From Thermoplasmata archaeon (GTDB taxonomy: Archaea; Thermoplasmatota; SW-10-69-26; JACQPN01; JAJPHT01), in contig JAXDQU010000056.1 in assembly GCA_034667685.1 (NCBI GenBank), forward strand, positions 1-32,606: a DNA stretch of 32,606 nt, read 5' to 3'. Made by a program: the position numbers and the translations under genes. This document shows positions 1-9,272 of the stretch, in pieces (within the stretch, counting starts at the first letter, position 1; each line of letters begins with the position of its first letter). The notes beneath the pieces were generated by a model. That model ran no database searches, was not told the DNA's origin, and saw only the letters and a list, made by a program, of their open reading frames with translations.

Positions 1-82
1 ATCGCGGGGGAAGAAGGGCACCTCGTTTGGGACCCTTCTTCCCCCGCGATTCCCGTCTTCCCCTCTTCCCTCGCTTCCCTTC
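1..82. repeat. GGGAAG-type purine/pyrimidine hairpin repeat, copy 1 (truncated by window start)
   Basis: Perfect 18-bp inverted repeat at 1-18 (atcgcgggggaagaaggg) and 33-50. The pyrimidine tract continues to 82. The 18-mer cttccctcgcttcccttc at 65-82 recurs at 5998-6015 and as its reverse complement at 32577-32594. Confidence 0.85.
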
Positions 83-1376
83 AGCGCGCGAGCAGCTTGT
101 ACGCGAGCCCGATCGCGGCCCCGCCCACGATCACGGGAATGATGTCGAGGTCGAAGATCGTGAGGACCCCGAACGCCACCGCGGCGAGCCCGGCCGCGAA
201 CCAGTCGACGCCCGCGCCGTTCCAGAGGACGTGCTGGCCGAAGAAGACGGCGAGGTTGAGGATGACGCCCACGACGGCGGCGGTGATGGCGCCCAGCGCG
301 GCGGAGAGGGTGGCGTTGCCGCGCAGCTTCTCGACGTAGGGCGCGCCCAGGAAGATGAAGAGAAAGCTGAAGAGGAACGTGAAGTAGGTCGCGACGAGGC
401 CGCCCAGGATGCCGCTGAGCGTGGGATCGAGCGCGCCAGGAAAATGATAGCCGGCGAGGAAGCCCACGAAGCAGACGACCATGATGAGCGGGCCGGGCGT
501 GCTCTCGGCGAGGCCCAGCCCCGCGATCATCTGCGGCGTGGTGAGCCAGTGGTGGCCCTGGACGGCCTGCTGCGCCATGTAGGCGAGCACGGCGTACGCG
601 CCGCCGAACGTGACGAGCGCGAGCTTGCTGAAGAAGAGGCCGTCGTCCAGGTAGACGCCGTTGACGCCGCGGAAGGCCAGGAGCAGCCCAATGGGGACGA
701 GCCAGAGCAGCGCGCCCGCGGCGAGGACGACCAGCGCGCGGCGGGCATTGGGCAGCGCGTGCGGCGGCGTGGGATCGTCGTCGCCCAGCACGGCGGAGGC
801 GGGCTTGCCGTGCGGCGCCGGCGCGACGAGGAGCCGCGGCGCGAGGCGATGGGCCCCGACGCCCACGAGCGCGGCGCCCAGGACCACGAGCGGGAAGGGG
901 ACCGCGAGGAAGAAGAGCGCGACGAAGGCGACCGCCGCGATCGCGGCCATCAGCGGCGTGCGCAGCGCGCGCTTGCCGATGCGGAGCACCGCGTGCGCGA
1001 CGACCGCCAGGATGACGGCCGCAAGGCCGTAGAAGAGCGCGGCGACGAGCGGCACGCTCCCGAACGTGACGTAGAGCCACGCCAGGAAGAGGAGGATGAA
1101 GACGCTGGGCAGCACGAAGAGGAAGCCCGCGACGAAGCCCCCCTTCGCGCGGTGGAGCAGCCAGCCCACGTAGATCGCGAGCTGCTGCGCCTCGGGGCCC
1201 GGCAGGAGCATGCAGTAGTTGAGCGCGTGCAGGAAGCGCTCCTCGCTGATCCAGCGCTTCCTCTCGACGAGGTCGCGGTGCATCATCGCGATCTGCCCCG
1301 TCGGGCCGCCGAAGTTGACGAAGCCCAGCTTGAGCCAGTAGAGGAAGGCCTCGCGGAAGCTGGGGTGCGAGGCCAC
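81..1376 (-). CDS. chrA: Chromate efflux transporter, long-chain CHR family
   Basis: 431-aa polytopic membrane protein with two CHR half-domains: GFVNFGG...LPGP and TFGG...STPGP. Confidence 0.9.
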   Translation of the reverse strand: MASHPSFREAFLYWLKLGFVNFGGPTGQIAMMHRDLVERKRWISEERFLHALNYCMLLPGPEAQQLAIYVGWLLHRAKGGFVAGFLFVLPSVFILLFLAWLYVTFGSVPLVAALFYGLAAVILAVVAHAVLRIGKRALRTPLMAAIAAVAFVALFFLAVPFPLVVLGAALVGVGAHRLAPRLLVAPAPHGKPASAVLGDDDPTPPHALPNARRALVVLAAGALLWLVPIGLLLAFRGVNGVYLDDGLFFSKLALVTFGGAYAVLAYMAQQAVQGHHWLTTPQMIAGLGLAESTPGPLIMVVCFVGFLAGYHFPGALDPTLSGILGGLVATYFTFLFSFLFIFLGAPYVEKLRGNATLSAALGAITAAVVGVILNLAVFFGQHVLWNGAGVDWFAAGLAAVAFGVLTIFDLDIIPVIVGGAAIGLAYKLLAR

Positions 1377-1394
1377 GCGGGCTTCAGCGCCGCT

Positions 1395-1841
1395 TCAGCG
1401 GATGAAGCTGTACTTGTCGATCAGGCGGCCCAGGATGATCGCCTGCTCGTGCGTGACGTCGCCGTCGTTCACCTTCTGCTCGAGGAACTCCTGCGCGTCC
1501 TGCGTGCTGCCGCGGGCGCCGCGCGCGAAGAGGCCTTCGAGGAACGCGCGATTGTCCTTCGCGTCCATGCCGCCGGGGATCGAGGCGATGGCCTCCCTGG
1601 CGTCGAAGAGGAAGTGCGTCTTGCGTCCCTGCGCCATCATGCGCTTGCGGGTGCCGGGGACGTTCACGCGCGGGCGCGGCGGCGCGTCGCTGGCGTACGA
1701 GGACTGCGGCGAGCGCGCCGGCGCCTTGGCGAAGCAGGCGCGGCAGAGCACGGGGCGGCCCGGCGTGGGCGTGAAGGGAACGCTGGCGGAGGCGCCGCAG
1801 CGGGAGCAGGTGATGGTGGTTCGGGTGGTGATGGAGTTCAT
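1395..1841 (-). CDS. CxxC-x17-CxxC zinc-ribbon protein fused to an uncharacterised helical C-terminal domain
   Basis: ATG at 1841 (MNSITT...). CSRC-GASASVPFTPTPGRPVL-CRAC has exactly 17 residues between the Cys pairs and the typical VPF-P...RPV-C pattern. 148 aa. Confidence 0.85.
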   Translation of the reverse strand: MNSITTRTTITCSRCGASASVPFTPTPGRPVLCRACFAKAPARSPQSSYASDAPPRPRVNVPGTRKRMMAQGRKTHFLFDAREAIASIPGGMDAKDNRAFLEGLFARGARGSTQDAQEFLEQKVNDGDVTHEQAIILGRLIDKYSFIR

Positions 1842-1860
1842 GGTCTTCTCGGGTCGGTTG

Positions 1861-1972
1861 GTTGCATGCTTCGGTCCGGCAGAAAGGGAGCGGCTCGCGC
1901 GCCAGGGCGGGGAACCCGGCGGAGCTGGACGCCCGTCGACGCCACGCGGGGCGCCTGGACCGATCATGCAAC
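1861..1972 (-). promoter_or_regulatory. Putative structured 5' leader of the CxxC-x17-CxxC gene
   Basis: gttgcatgcttcggtcc (1861-1877) pairs almost perfectly with ggaccgatcatgcaac (1957-1972). A TATA-like ttatcta lies on the minus strand at about 2007-2013. Confidence 0.45.
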
Positions 1973-2086
1973 AGGAGAAGGCACGACCCCCACTGGACGC
2001 TCCTCGTAGATAAGCTCATGGGCCCTCTGCCGGGGAGGCGTCGCCCGGGAGAAGCTTCTTCCCCCAACGGACCTCAGTCCGGGACG

Positions 2087-2905
2087 ATGGCGCAGCGCCC
2101 GATCCCGCTCTTCGGCGAGCGCGCGCTGCACTTGCCCGAGGCGGGCGCCGTGGCGCTGGGCGACGTGCACGTGGGCCTGGAGAGCGACCTGCGCCAGGCG
2201 GGCATCCACCTGCCCAGCCAGACGGAGACCATGCGGGCCCGCATCGAGCGCATCCTGGCGCGGACCGGCGCGCGTCGCCTCATCGTCATCGGGGACCTCA
2301 AGCACAAGGTCCCCTACAGCACGAGCCAGGAGATCCGCGAGCTTCCGTGGTTCTTCCGCGGCCTTCCCGCCAAGGTGGAGCTGGTGCCGGGCAACCACGA
2401 CGTGGACCTGGGCGGCCTCCTGGACGTCGAGGCGCACGACGCGACCGGCATCCTCGCGGGCGACGTGGCGCTGCTGCACGGGCACGCGTGGCCGAACCCT
2501 GATATCATGACGGCGCGCACCGTCGTCACGTGCCACAACCACCCGGCCGTCCTGCTCATGGACGAGCTGGGCCACCGCCACAAGGAGCCCGCGTGGATCC
2601 GCGCGACGTTCACCGACGCCGCGCGCAAGGAGTGGCCGCAGCTTCCCCCCGACGCCGAGATGGTCGTCATGCCCGCGTTCAACGAGCTCACGGGCGGCAC
2701 CGCGTTCAATGCGCTCGAAGGGCAACGCCTCCTGGGCCCGTTCTTCGGGAACGACCTGCTCGACGTCGAGGGGGCGCGCGTCTACACGCTCGACGGCGTG
2801 GAGCTGGGCACCGTCGGCTCGCTGAAGCGCTTCGGCGACGACAACGAGAAGGGGCGCAAGCGGCGCGAACGATATCAGAAGCGGAAGGCAGGATGGATCG
2901 AGTGA
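2087..2905 (+). CDS. Calcineurin-like metallophosphoesterase (Lhr-associated MPE / COG1407 type)
   Basis: Motifs GDVHVG, IGDLKH, PGNHD, LLHGH, HNHP and PAFN. ATG at 2087 is preceded at about -28 by aagcttcttccccc. Lies directly upstream of lhr. Confidence 0.88.
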   Translation: MAQRPIPLFGERALHLPEAGAVALGDVHVGLESDLRQAGIHLPSQTETMRARIERILARTGARRLIVIGDLKHKVPYSTSQEIRELPWFFRGLPAKVELVPGNHDVDLGGLLDVEAHDATGILAGDVALLHGHAWPNPDIMTARTVVTCHNHPAVLLMDELGHRHKEPAWIRATFTDAARKEWPQLPPDAEMVVMPAFNELTGGTAFNALEGQRLLGPFFGNDLLDVEGARVYTLDGVELGTVGSLKRFGDDNEKGRKRRERYQKRKAGWIE

Positions 2906-2941
2906 TCCTCGTTCCCGTCCCCACCGCGGCCGGTTTCTGGC

Positions 2942-3023
2942 TCCAGCCACAGAGGACACAGAGGCCACGGAGGACGATTGGACCATCGCCGCCTCCGTGG
3001 CCTCTGTGTCCTCTGTGGCTGGA
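2942..3023. repeat. Perfect 32-bp inverted repeat built from three 9-mers (ccacagagg/acacagagg/ccacggagg)
   Basis: The arms at 2942-2973 and 2992-3023 are exact reverse complements, with an 18-nt loop. Confidence 0.95.
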
Positions 3024-3065
3024 AAGCCGGAGCGCCGTGCCGCGATGGTCTCGCGGAGGCACGCG

Positions 3066-5915
3066 GTGACCGAGTTCGACCTGCTGCTGCCCGACTGGCG
3101 CCAATATTTGGCGGGTCGCGGCATTACGCACCCCACGCGCGCGCAGGCCGCCGCGATCCCGCCGATCCACGCCGGCGAGCACACGCTGCTGCTGGCGCCC
3201 ACGGGCATGGGCAAGACCGAGAGCGCGATCCTGCCGCTCTTCGACAACCTGCTGCGCTGGAAGCAGGTCGCGCCGCACGCGCAGTGGAAGGGCAAGATCA
3301 AGCTCCTTTACGTGACGCCGCTGCGCGCGCTCAACCGCGACCTCATGGCGCGCCTCCACGAGTGGGGCAAGGCGATCGGCCTCGACGTGCGCGTGCGCCA
3401 CGGCGACACGACCCAGGGCGAGCGCGACCGGCAGAGCCGCCATCCGCCCGACGTGCTCATCACGACGCCCGAGACGCTGCAGCTCCTCTTCCTGGGCCGC
3501 CGGCTCGTGCAGGGGCTCGCGGGCGTGCGCGCGGTGGTGCTCGACGAGGTGCACGAGCTGGCCAGCGATGAGCGCGGCGCGCAGCTTGCCGTCGCGCTGG
3601 AGCGCCTGGTCGGACACGCCGGCGAGTTCCAGCGCGTCGGCCTCTCCGCCACCGTCGGGGACCCGGCCGACGTCTCCGCGTACCTGGGCGGCGTGGGCCG
3701 GGACGTGCGCGTCGTCAAGGTCCCCGTCAGCAAGCAGCTTGACCTCCAGGTCGTGAGCCCCAAGCCCACGACGCGGGACAGGCGGACGGCCGAGAAGATC
3801 ATGGCGCGCCCCGAGGCCGCGGCGTACCTGAACGCGTGCCTCGACCGCATCCGCGAGCAGAAGCAGACGCTCCTCTTCGTCAACACGCGCGAGACGGCCG
3901 AGGTCCTGGCGGCGCGCATCCGTATCCTGCGCGAGAGCGGCGCCGAAGACTTGCCCGAGATCGCGGTGCACCACGGAAGCCTCGCGCGCGACGTGCGCAT
4001 CGCAGCGGAGCAGGCCTTCAAGAGCGGCCGCGCGCGCGGGCTCATCTGCACGAGCAGCATGGAGCTTGGCATCGACATCGGCGACGCGGACCTCGTGCTC
4101 CAGATGACGAGCCCGCGCCAGGTGACGCGCCTCGTACAGCGCGTGGGCCGCGCGGGGCACCGGCACGACCTCGTGAGCAACGGCGTCGTCGTCGCGCAGG
4201 ATCCCGACGACGTCGCCGAAGCGGCGGTGATCGTGCGCGAGACGCTGGCCGAGCGCATGGAGCGGCTGCCCGGCCCCAGGAAGCCGCTCGACGTGCTGGC
4301 CAACCAGGTCGCGGCGATGGCGCTGGAGAAGCGCAAGCTGGGCGATCTGGAATGCTATCAGGTCGTCCGGCGCGCGCACCCGTTCCGCGACCTGACGCTC
4401 GACGAGTTCATGGCCGTGGTGCGCCAGCTGCACGAGCTTTGGGTCGTCTACCACGAGGCGGGCGTGATCGGCTCCAAGAAGCGCACGCGGGACTACTTCT
4501 ACGAGAACATCTCGATGATCCCGGACGAGCAGACGTACCGCGTGATCAACCTCGTGACGCGCCGCGGCGTGGCGACGTTGAACGAGGGGTTCGTGGCGTC
4601 GTTCGCGGAGCCGGGCGCGACGTTCATCGTGCAGGGGCAGCCCTGGCGCATCGCGGAGATCAGCCAGGAGGAGCTGGAGATCCGCGTCGAGCCGATCAAG
4701 GACCCGATGGGCGCCATCCCCTCGTGGGTCGGCGAGGAGATCCCGGTGCCCTGGGCGGTTGCGCAGGGCGTGGGCGCGCTCCGCAGGCAGGTGCGCGAGA
4801 TCGTGCAGTCGGCGGGCGAGGAGGCCGCGGCGCGCTGGGTCGCGCAGGAGCACCGCGCCGAGATGGACGCAGCGTGGAGCCTCGTCGAGTACGTCGAGGA
4901 GCAGGGCCAGCACGCGTTGCCCACGGACCGGGTCGTCACGCTCGACAACGGCGCGGGCGTCGTCGTGATGAACGCCTGCTTCGGCACGCAGGTCAACGAG
5001 ACGCTGGGGCGCATCCTCGCCTCGCTGCTCACCGCGCGCCTGGGCAGCAGCGTCGGCCTCGACGTCGACCCGTACCGCATCGTGCTCACGATGCCCGCGC
5101 GCGTGCCCACGAGCATGGTCAAGGAGGTGCTGCTCGCGATCGAGCCCGAGCACGTGCCCACGATCCTCGGGCTCGTGCTCCAGGGCTCGACGTACCTGAA
5201 ATATCGGCTCTTCCACACCGCGCGCAAGTTCGGCGCGCTGGCCCGCCAGGTCGACTACCAGCGCGTGAACGTCGGGCGCATGCTCGACGTGTTCAAGGGG
5301 ACCCCCTTGCACCAGGAGGCGCTGCGCGAGGTCTTCGAGGACAAGCTGGACATTCCGCGCACGCAGGAGGTCCTGCGCGCGCTGCGGGGCGGCGAGATCG
5401 CCATCGTGGAGCAAGGCCTCTCGCCCATCGCCGCCGCGGGGCTCGACCGCAAGATCGAATTGATATCTCCGGCGCGCGCCGACAAGACGCTCCTCGCCGC
5501 CATCGAGGAGCGCCTGAAGGACGAGCGCATCGTCCTGGGCTGCCTCAACTGCCGCCAGTGGCAGGTGGAGACGCGCGTCAAGCGCGCCGCGCACTCGCGC
5601 AAGTGTCCCAAGTGCGACGGCATCCTGCTGGGCGTCACGCGCCCGTGGAACGAGGCCGCGCGTCGCGTGCTGCGCGCGAGCAGGGGCGCGACGCTCGACG
5701 AGGAAGGGCGCAAGGAGATGGCGAAGCTCGCCACGAGCGCGAACCTCCTGGCGGACCACGGCGAGCGCGCGCTCCTGGCGCTCGCGGCGCGCGGCGTCGG
5801 GCCCGAGACCGCGGGGCGCATCCTCGCCAAGCAGGCCGAGGGGCACGACGCCTTCCTGCGCGCGGTGCTGGAGGCCGAGATCACGTACGCAAGGAACCGG
5901 CAGTTCTGGGATTAA
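3066..5915 (+). CDS. lhr: Lhr-family SF2 DEAD/DEAH helicase with C-terminal Cys4 motif
   Basis: Motifs APTGMGKT, VTPLRAL, ITTPET, DEVH, SAT, HHGSL, ELGIDIG and QRVGRAGH, plus Lhr-type SMIPD and IPSWVGE. C-terminal CLNC...CPKC. GTG at 3066 follows GGAGG; an alternative ATG is at 3045. Confidence 0.92.
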   Translation: MTEFDLLLPDWRQYLAGRGITHPTRAQAAAIPPIHAGEHTLLLAPTGMGKTESAILPLFDNLLRWKQVAPHAQWKGKIKLLYVTPLRALNRDLMARLHEWGKAIGLDVRVRHGDTTQGERDRQSRHPPDVLITTPETLQLLFLGRRLVQGLAGVRAVVLDEVHELASDERGAQLAVALERLVGHAGEFQRVGLSATVGDPADVSAYLGGVGRDVRVVKVPVSKQLDLQVVSPKPTTRDRRTAEKIMARPEAAAYLNACLDRIREQKQTLLFVNTRETAEVLAARIRILRESGAEDLPEIAVHHGSLARDVRIAAEQAFKSGRARGLICTSSMELGIDIGDADLVLQMTSPRQVTRLVQRVGRAGHRHDLVSNGVVVAQDPDDVAEAAVIVRETLAERMERLPGPRKPLDVLANQVAAMALEKRKLGDLECYQVVRRAHPFRDLTLDEFMAVVRQLHELWVVYHEAGVIGSKKRTRDYFYENISMIPDEQTYRVINLVTRRGVATLNEGFVASFAEPGATFIVQGQPWRIAEISQEELEIRVEPIKDPMGAIPSWVGEEIPVPWAVAQGVGALRRQVREIVQSAGEEAAARWVAQEHRAEMDAAWSLVEYVEEQGQHALPTDRVVTLDNGAGVVVMNACFGTQVNETLGRILASLLTARLGSSVGLDVDPYRIVLTMPARVPTSMVKEVLLAIEPEHVPTILGLVLQGSTYLKYRLFHTARKFGALARQVDYQRVNVGRMLDVFKGTPLHQEALREVFEDKLDIPRTQEVLRALRGGEIAIVEQGLSPIAAAGLDRKIELISPARADKTLLAAIEERLKDERIVLGCLNCRQWQVETRVKRAAHSRKCPKCDGILLGVTRPWNEAARRVLRASRGATLDEEGRKEMAKLATSANLLADHGERALLALAARGVGPETAGRILAKQAEGHDAFLRAVLEAEITYARNRQFWD

Positions 5916-6016
5916 CGAAGGGAAGAGGGGAAGAAGGGAAACGCGGGGGAAGAAGGGAAGACGAGTCCCTTCTTCCCTGGCTTCCCTTCTTCCCCGGCTT
6001 CCCTCGCTTCCCTTCG
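5916..6016. repeat. GGGAAG-type purine/pyrimidine hairpin repeat, copy 2
   Basis: A purine arm (gaagggaagaggggaagaaggg...) is followed by a complementary pyrimidine arm. Shares cgcgggggaagaaggg (5942-5957 = 3-18) and the 18-mer at 5998-6015 with copy 1. Confidence 0.85.
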
Positions 6017-6056
6017 GCGCGAAGAGACTAAGGCTCGGGCTGAGGCTAGGGGCCGC

Positions 6057-7610
6057 ATGGCCAGCCTGGTCGTGCGCAACCCCGCCACCGGCGAGACGAT
6101 CGCCGAGCTTCCCGCCGCCACGAAGGCCGACGTCGAAGCGGCCGTCGCGCGCGCCCGCGCCGCGCAGCCCGCGTGGGCCGCGCTTCCCGTGCGCGAGCGC
6201 GCGGCGCGGCTCAAGGCGCTCCAGCTTCTGCTCGTCGAAGCGCGCGAGGAGATGGCGCGCATCGTCTCGCGCGAGACGGGCAAGCCGTTCGTCGAGGCGC
6301 TGGGCGTCGACGTGCTCGCCGCGCTCGACTCGCTCAAGTGGTGCGCGCAGCAGGGGCCCAAGGTCCTCAAGCCCGAGACGACGCGCCTCTCCAACCCGCT
6401 CTTCCTGGGCCGCGTGAGCCACGTCGAGCACGCGCCGCTGGGCGTCGTGGGCATCATCAGCCCGTGGAACTACCCGCTGGCGATCCCTGCGGGCAACGTC
6501 GCGTACGCGCTGCTGGCGGGCAACACGGTCGTGCTGAAGCCCGCGAGCTACGCGCCGCTGTGCATGCTCAAGCTGCGCGAGCTGATGACGCAGGCCGGCA
6601 TCCCCGAGGACGTCTGCCTCGTCGTGCCCGGCAGCGGCCGCGAGGCGGGCGAAGCGCTCATCGGCGCGCCGATCGACCACCTCGTCTTCACCGGCAGCGT
6701 GCCCGTCGGGCGCGAGGTCGACCAGAAGCTGATCGCGCGCGGCGTGCGCAGCACGATGGAGCTGGGCGGCAGCGACCCGGCCATTGTCATGGAGGACGCG
6801 CCCGCGTTCACCGCGCGCGGCATCGTGTGGGGCCGCTTCACGAACGCGGGCCAGACGTGCGCCGCCGTCAAGCGCGTCTACGTGCACCGCTCGCGCTACG
6901 ACGCGTTCGTCGCGGAGGTCGTGCAGATCGCCGGCGCGCTGCGCGTGGGCGACCCGCTGGACCCCATGACCGAGATCGGGATGCTCACCGACCCGCGCAG
7001 CCTCGACGACATGGCAAGCTTCGTGGACGACGCACGCAAGCGCGGCGGCCGCATCCTCTGCGGCGGCAAGGCGCGTCCCGACGCGGGCCACCAGGCGTTC
7101 GAACCCACCGTCGTCATCGACCTGCCGCCCGACGCGCGCCTGCTCACCGAGGAGTGCTTCGGCCCGATCCTCCCGATCGTGCCCTACGATGATCTCGAGG
7201 ACGCGATCCGCTGGGCCAACGGCACGCGCTTCGGCCTGTGCGCCAGCGTGTGGACGACCGACCTCGCGAAGGGCGAGGCCGTCGCGCGCAGGCTGGAGGC
7301 CGGCACCGCCATCGTCAACGACGCGGCGTACACCTTCGCGGCCAACGAGACGCCCTGGGGCGGCGTGAAGGACAGCGGCCACGGCCGCACGCACGGCCCG
7401 CTGGGCCTCCTGGAGATGACGCGCACGCGCCACGTCAACGTCGTCACGCCGCGCGCGCCCAGCGTCTGGTGGTTCCCCTACGGCCCGCAACTCCGAGACA
7501 CGTTCATGGCCGGCGCGCAGTTCCTCTACGGCCGCGCCTCCGAGAAGGCGAAGGTCGGGGCGGGGCTCACGTCGAACCTGCTGCGAAGGCTGAGGACACC
7601 CAAGCGCTGA
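6057..7610 (+). CDS. NAD(P)-dependent aldehyde dehydrogenase
   Basis: Motifs SPWNYP, LKPA, FTGS, ELGG, GQTCAA (catalytic Cys), EECFGP and GGVKDSG. 517 aa. Confidence 0.95.
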   Translation: MASLVVRNPATGETIAELPAATKADVEAAVARARAAQPAWAALPVRERAARLKALQLLLVEAREEMARIVSRETGKPFVEALGVDVLAALDSLKWCAQQGPKVLKPETTRLSNPLFLGRVSHVEHAPLGVVGIISPWNYPLAIPAGNVAYALLAGNTVVLKPASYAPLCMLKLRELMTQAGIPEDVCLVVPGSGREAGEALIGAPIDHLVFTGSVPVGREVDQKLIARGVRSTMELGGSDPAIVMEDAPAFTARGIVWGRFTNAGQTCAAVKRVYVHRSRYDAFVAEVVQIAGALRVGDPLDPMTEIGMLTDPRSLDDMASFVDDARKRGGRILCGGKARPDAGHQAFEPTVVIDLPPDARLLTEECFGPILPIVPYDDLEDAIRWANGTRFGLCASVWTTDLAKGEAVARRLEAGTAIVNDAAYTFAANETPWGGVKDSGHGRTHGPLGLLEMTRTRHVNVVTPRAPSVWWFPYGPQLRDTFMAGAQFLYGRASEKAKVGAGLTSNLLRRLRTPKR

Positions 7611-7660
7611 GTGTTATCGCAGCAGACAACTTGATCCTCCGTACTTGATCTCCAGCCCTG

Positions 7661-8794
7661 ATGAAGCGGTTCGCTCCTCCGCTGGTCTGCATGCTTGTCC
7701 TCGCCTGCTTGCCGGCAAGCATCGGGTCGAGCGCGTCCCCCACGGGCCCGACCAGGGCGCACGTGGCTTGGTCGAGCCCTTCATCCTCGACGTTCGACAA
7801 CGTCACATTCGCGGTACCCCGGGGCGTTGCGATTGCGACGGACAACGCCACCTACTTCTACGCGTCCACAGCCTCCATCGTGGAACTGTCGGGGACGGTC
7901 TCCCCAACGTGCTCGAACGGACTGCTGGGATTCGACGACCAGGCTGTTTTCCTTGGGGCGGACACGTGCATGTGGGCTGTCTTTCCTGCCATCGCCTGTT
8001 TCGGCACGCCACTTTGCCGTCAAGTCGCCCTCGGCACGGGCGTGCTGCCAGGTCTGCCTGGCCCGTGGGGCCCGACTCCTCACACCACCACGAACTACGA
8101 CTACCTTCAAGTCGGAGTGGTCACGCAACAATCTTCGAGCGTGACGTCCTATGGGATTCGGACGGGCGTGGCGATGACGGACCGGAGCGATACGTTTTCG
8201 TTGCCAAGCGAGTATCATTTCCGCTGGGCCGGAATCCAGACGGCAGCGGATTTTTTCCTGCAAATGGGAACGGCGATGTCCAATCCGTCCGGTCCGAACG
8301 TCTGGAAGACCTTCTGCGAAGGGTGGCCGGATCACCATACCACAGACTGGAGCTATTTTGATCCCTCCGCGACGTCGGACAGCAACTTCCATTATTATTC
8401 GTTCCAGGCATCGACCATTGGATCAACGACCTACCAGTGCAGGAAGGACTTCCAGGTCCTGCTGAGCGTCGATACAGGCCATTCGTCGTTCAGCGCACCC
8501 AAGTTGGATAGCATCCTTGAGGTGGCTGGCGGAGCGGTGGGTCTTGATCCAAGCTTGATCCACGCGGGGACGGACACGCTCAGCCCGGCCGTCGACTACC
8601 TCACAAGCGGGTCAAGCTGGCTCGATGCTCCGACGGAATCCTACTATGCGCAGGCCTGGAATTCGCACGTCAGCGGTAGCTCGGCCAATTCGTGCCCGAT
8701 CTTCTCGATCGGACAAACGCTTCCCTTCTCAACGACCCATGACATCACGGTGGGCTCTGGGCTCACTTGCCATTCGAGTGGGGTTGCATGGTAA
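7661..8794 (+). CDS. Secreted Ser/Thr-rich hypothetical protein, possibly with a G1 glutamic-peptidase-like C-terminal domain
   Basis: Signal peptide MKRFAPPLVCMLVLACLPASIGSSA. Pattern WAGI...FLQMG...CEGWP...SILEV. Several Cys residues. Confidence 0.7.
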   Translation: MKRFAPPLVCMLVLACLPASIGSSASPTGPTRAHVAWSSPSSSTFDNVTFAVPRGVAIATDNATYFYASTASIVELSGTVSPTCSNGLLGFDDQAVFLGADTCMWAVFPAIACFGTPLCRQVALGTGVLPGLPGPWGPTPHTTTNYDYLQVGVVTQQSSSVTSYGIRTGVAMTDRSDTFSLPSEYHFRWAGIQTAADFFLQMGTAMSNPSGPNVWKTFCEGWPDHHTTDWSYFDPSATSDSNFHYYSFQASTIGSTTYQCRKDFQVLLSVDTGHSSFSAPKLDSILEVAGGAVGLDPSLIHAGTDTLSPAVDYLTSGSSWLDAPTESYYAQAWNSHVSGSSANSCPIFSIGQTLPFSTTHDITVGSGLTCHSSGVAW

Positions 8795-9255
8795 GCGCTC
8801 TCAGGCCGCTCTTCATGGCGGCCCTCGCGTGCGGGCTCGCGGGCTGTATGGGCTCCACGGGGGACGTGTCCGACACGGGCAACCACTCGACGCTGACCGT
8901 CACCCCGTGGAACCGGACGGGCAACGATTGGCTGGAGGTGCACTTGGCTTGGACACAAGGGACCGGGCAGAACGTCACATGGAAGGGGCGCGAGTACGCG
9001 ACCGCGCCGGGCGACGAGTGGGCAACAGATGGAGAGAACTATCTCTATGCGCGGAACGCGAGCCAGGATTCCGCGCATGCGCGCTGCCTTGCGGAAAGCC
9101 CTCCCGACCTCTCTCTGACGCGGGAGAAACCCTACGTCTGGATCGGCAAGGTCCCCGGCGGTTGCCTCTGGGACGTGTTCCCGGGCGTGGACTGCCTCGA
9201 CGCGAGCTTCTGCCAATACCTGACGCGGTCTGCGGGGCCGCCCCCATCTTCCTAA
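8788..9255 (+). CDS. Putative lipoprotein
   Basis: ATG at 8788 overlaps the end of the upstream gene. MVSALRPLFMAALACGLAGC carries an LAGC lipobox. Four further Cys residues. Confidence 0.7.
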   Translation: MVSALRPLFMAALACGLAGCMGSTGDVSDTGNHSTLTVTPWNRTGNDWLEVHLAWTQGTGQNVTWKGREYATAPGDEWATDGENYLYARNASQDSAHARCLAESPPDLSLTREKPYVWIGKVPGGCLWDVFPGVDCLDASFCQYLTRSAGPPPSS

Positions 9256-9272
9256 GCTTCGAGACGCGGGTC

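Larger units (their letters stand above)
7611..9272. mobile_element. Horizontally acquired two-gene islet with no mobility gene
   Basis: Visibly more A/T and more A/T-ending codons than the flanks. Bounded by two versions of the ALDH C-terminus: NLLRRLRTPKR* at 7575-7610 and [12 protein letters not shown] at 9273-9311. Confidence 0.6.

Noticed and set aside
27-7490. Long ORFs 27-2009 (+), 1964-3301 (-) and 2706-7490 (-)
   Set aside because: Antisense shadows of chrA, MPE, lhr and ALDH, as expected in very high-GC DNA. They carry no recognisable motifs.
7629-7650. acttgatc direct repeat as an attachment site or target-site duplication
   Set aside because: Both copies are on the same side of the islet and no match was seen at the right boundary. 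At most it is a promoter-proximal motif.
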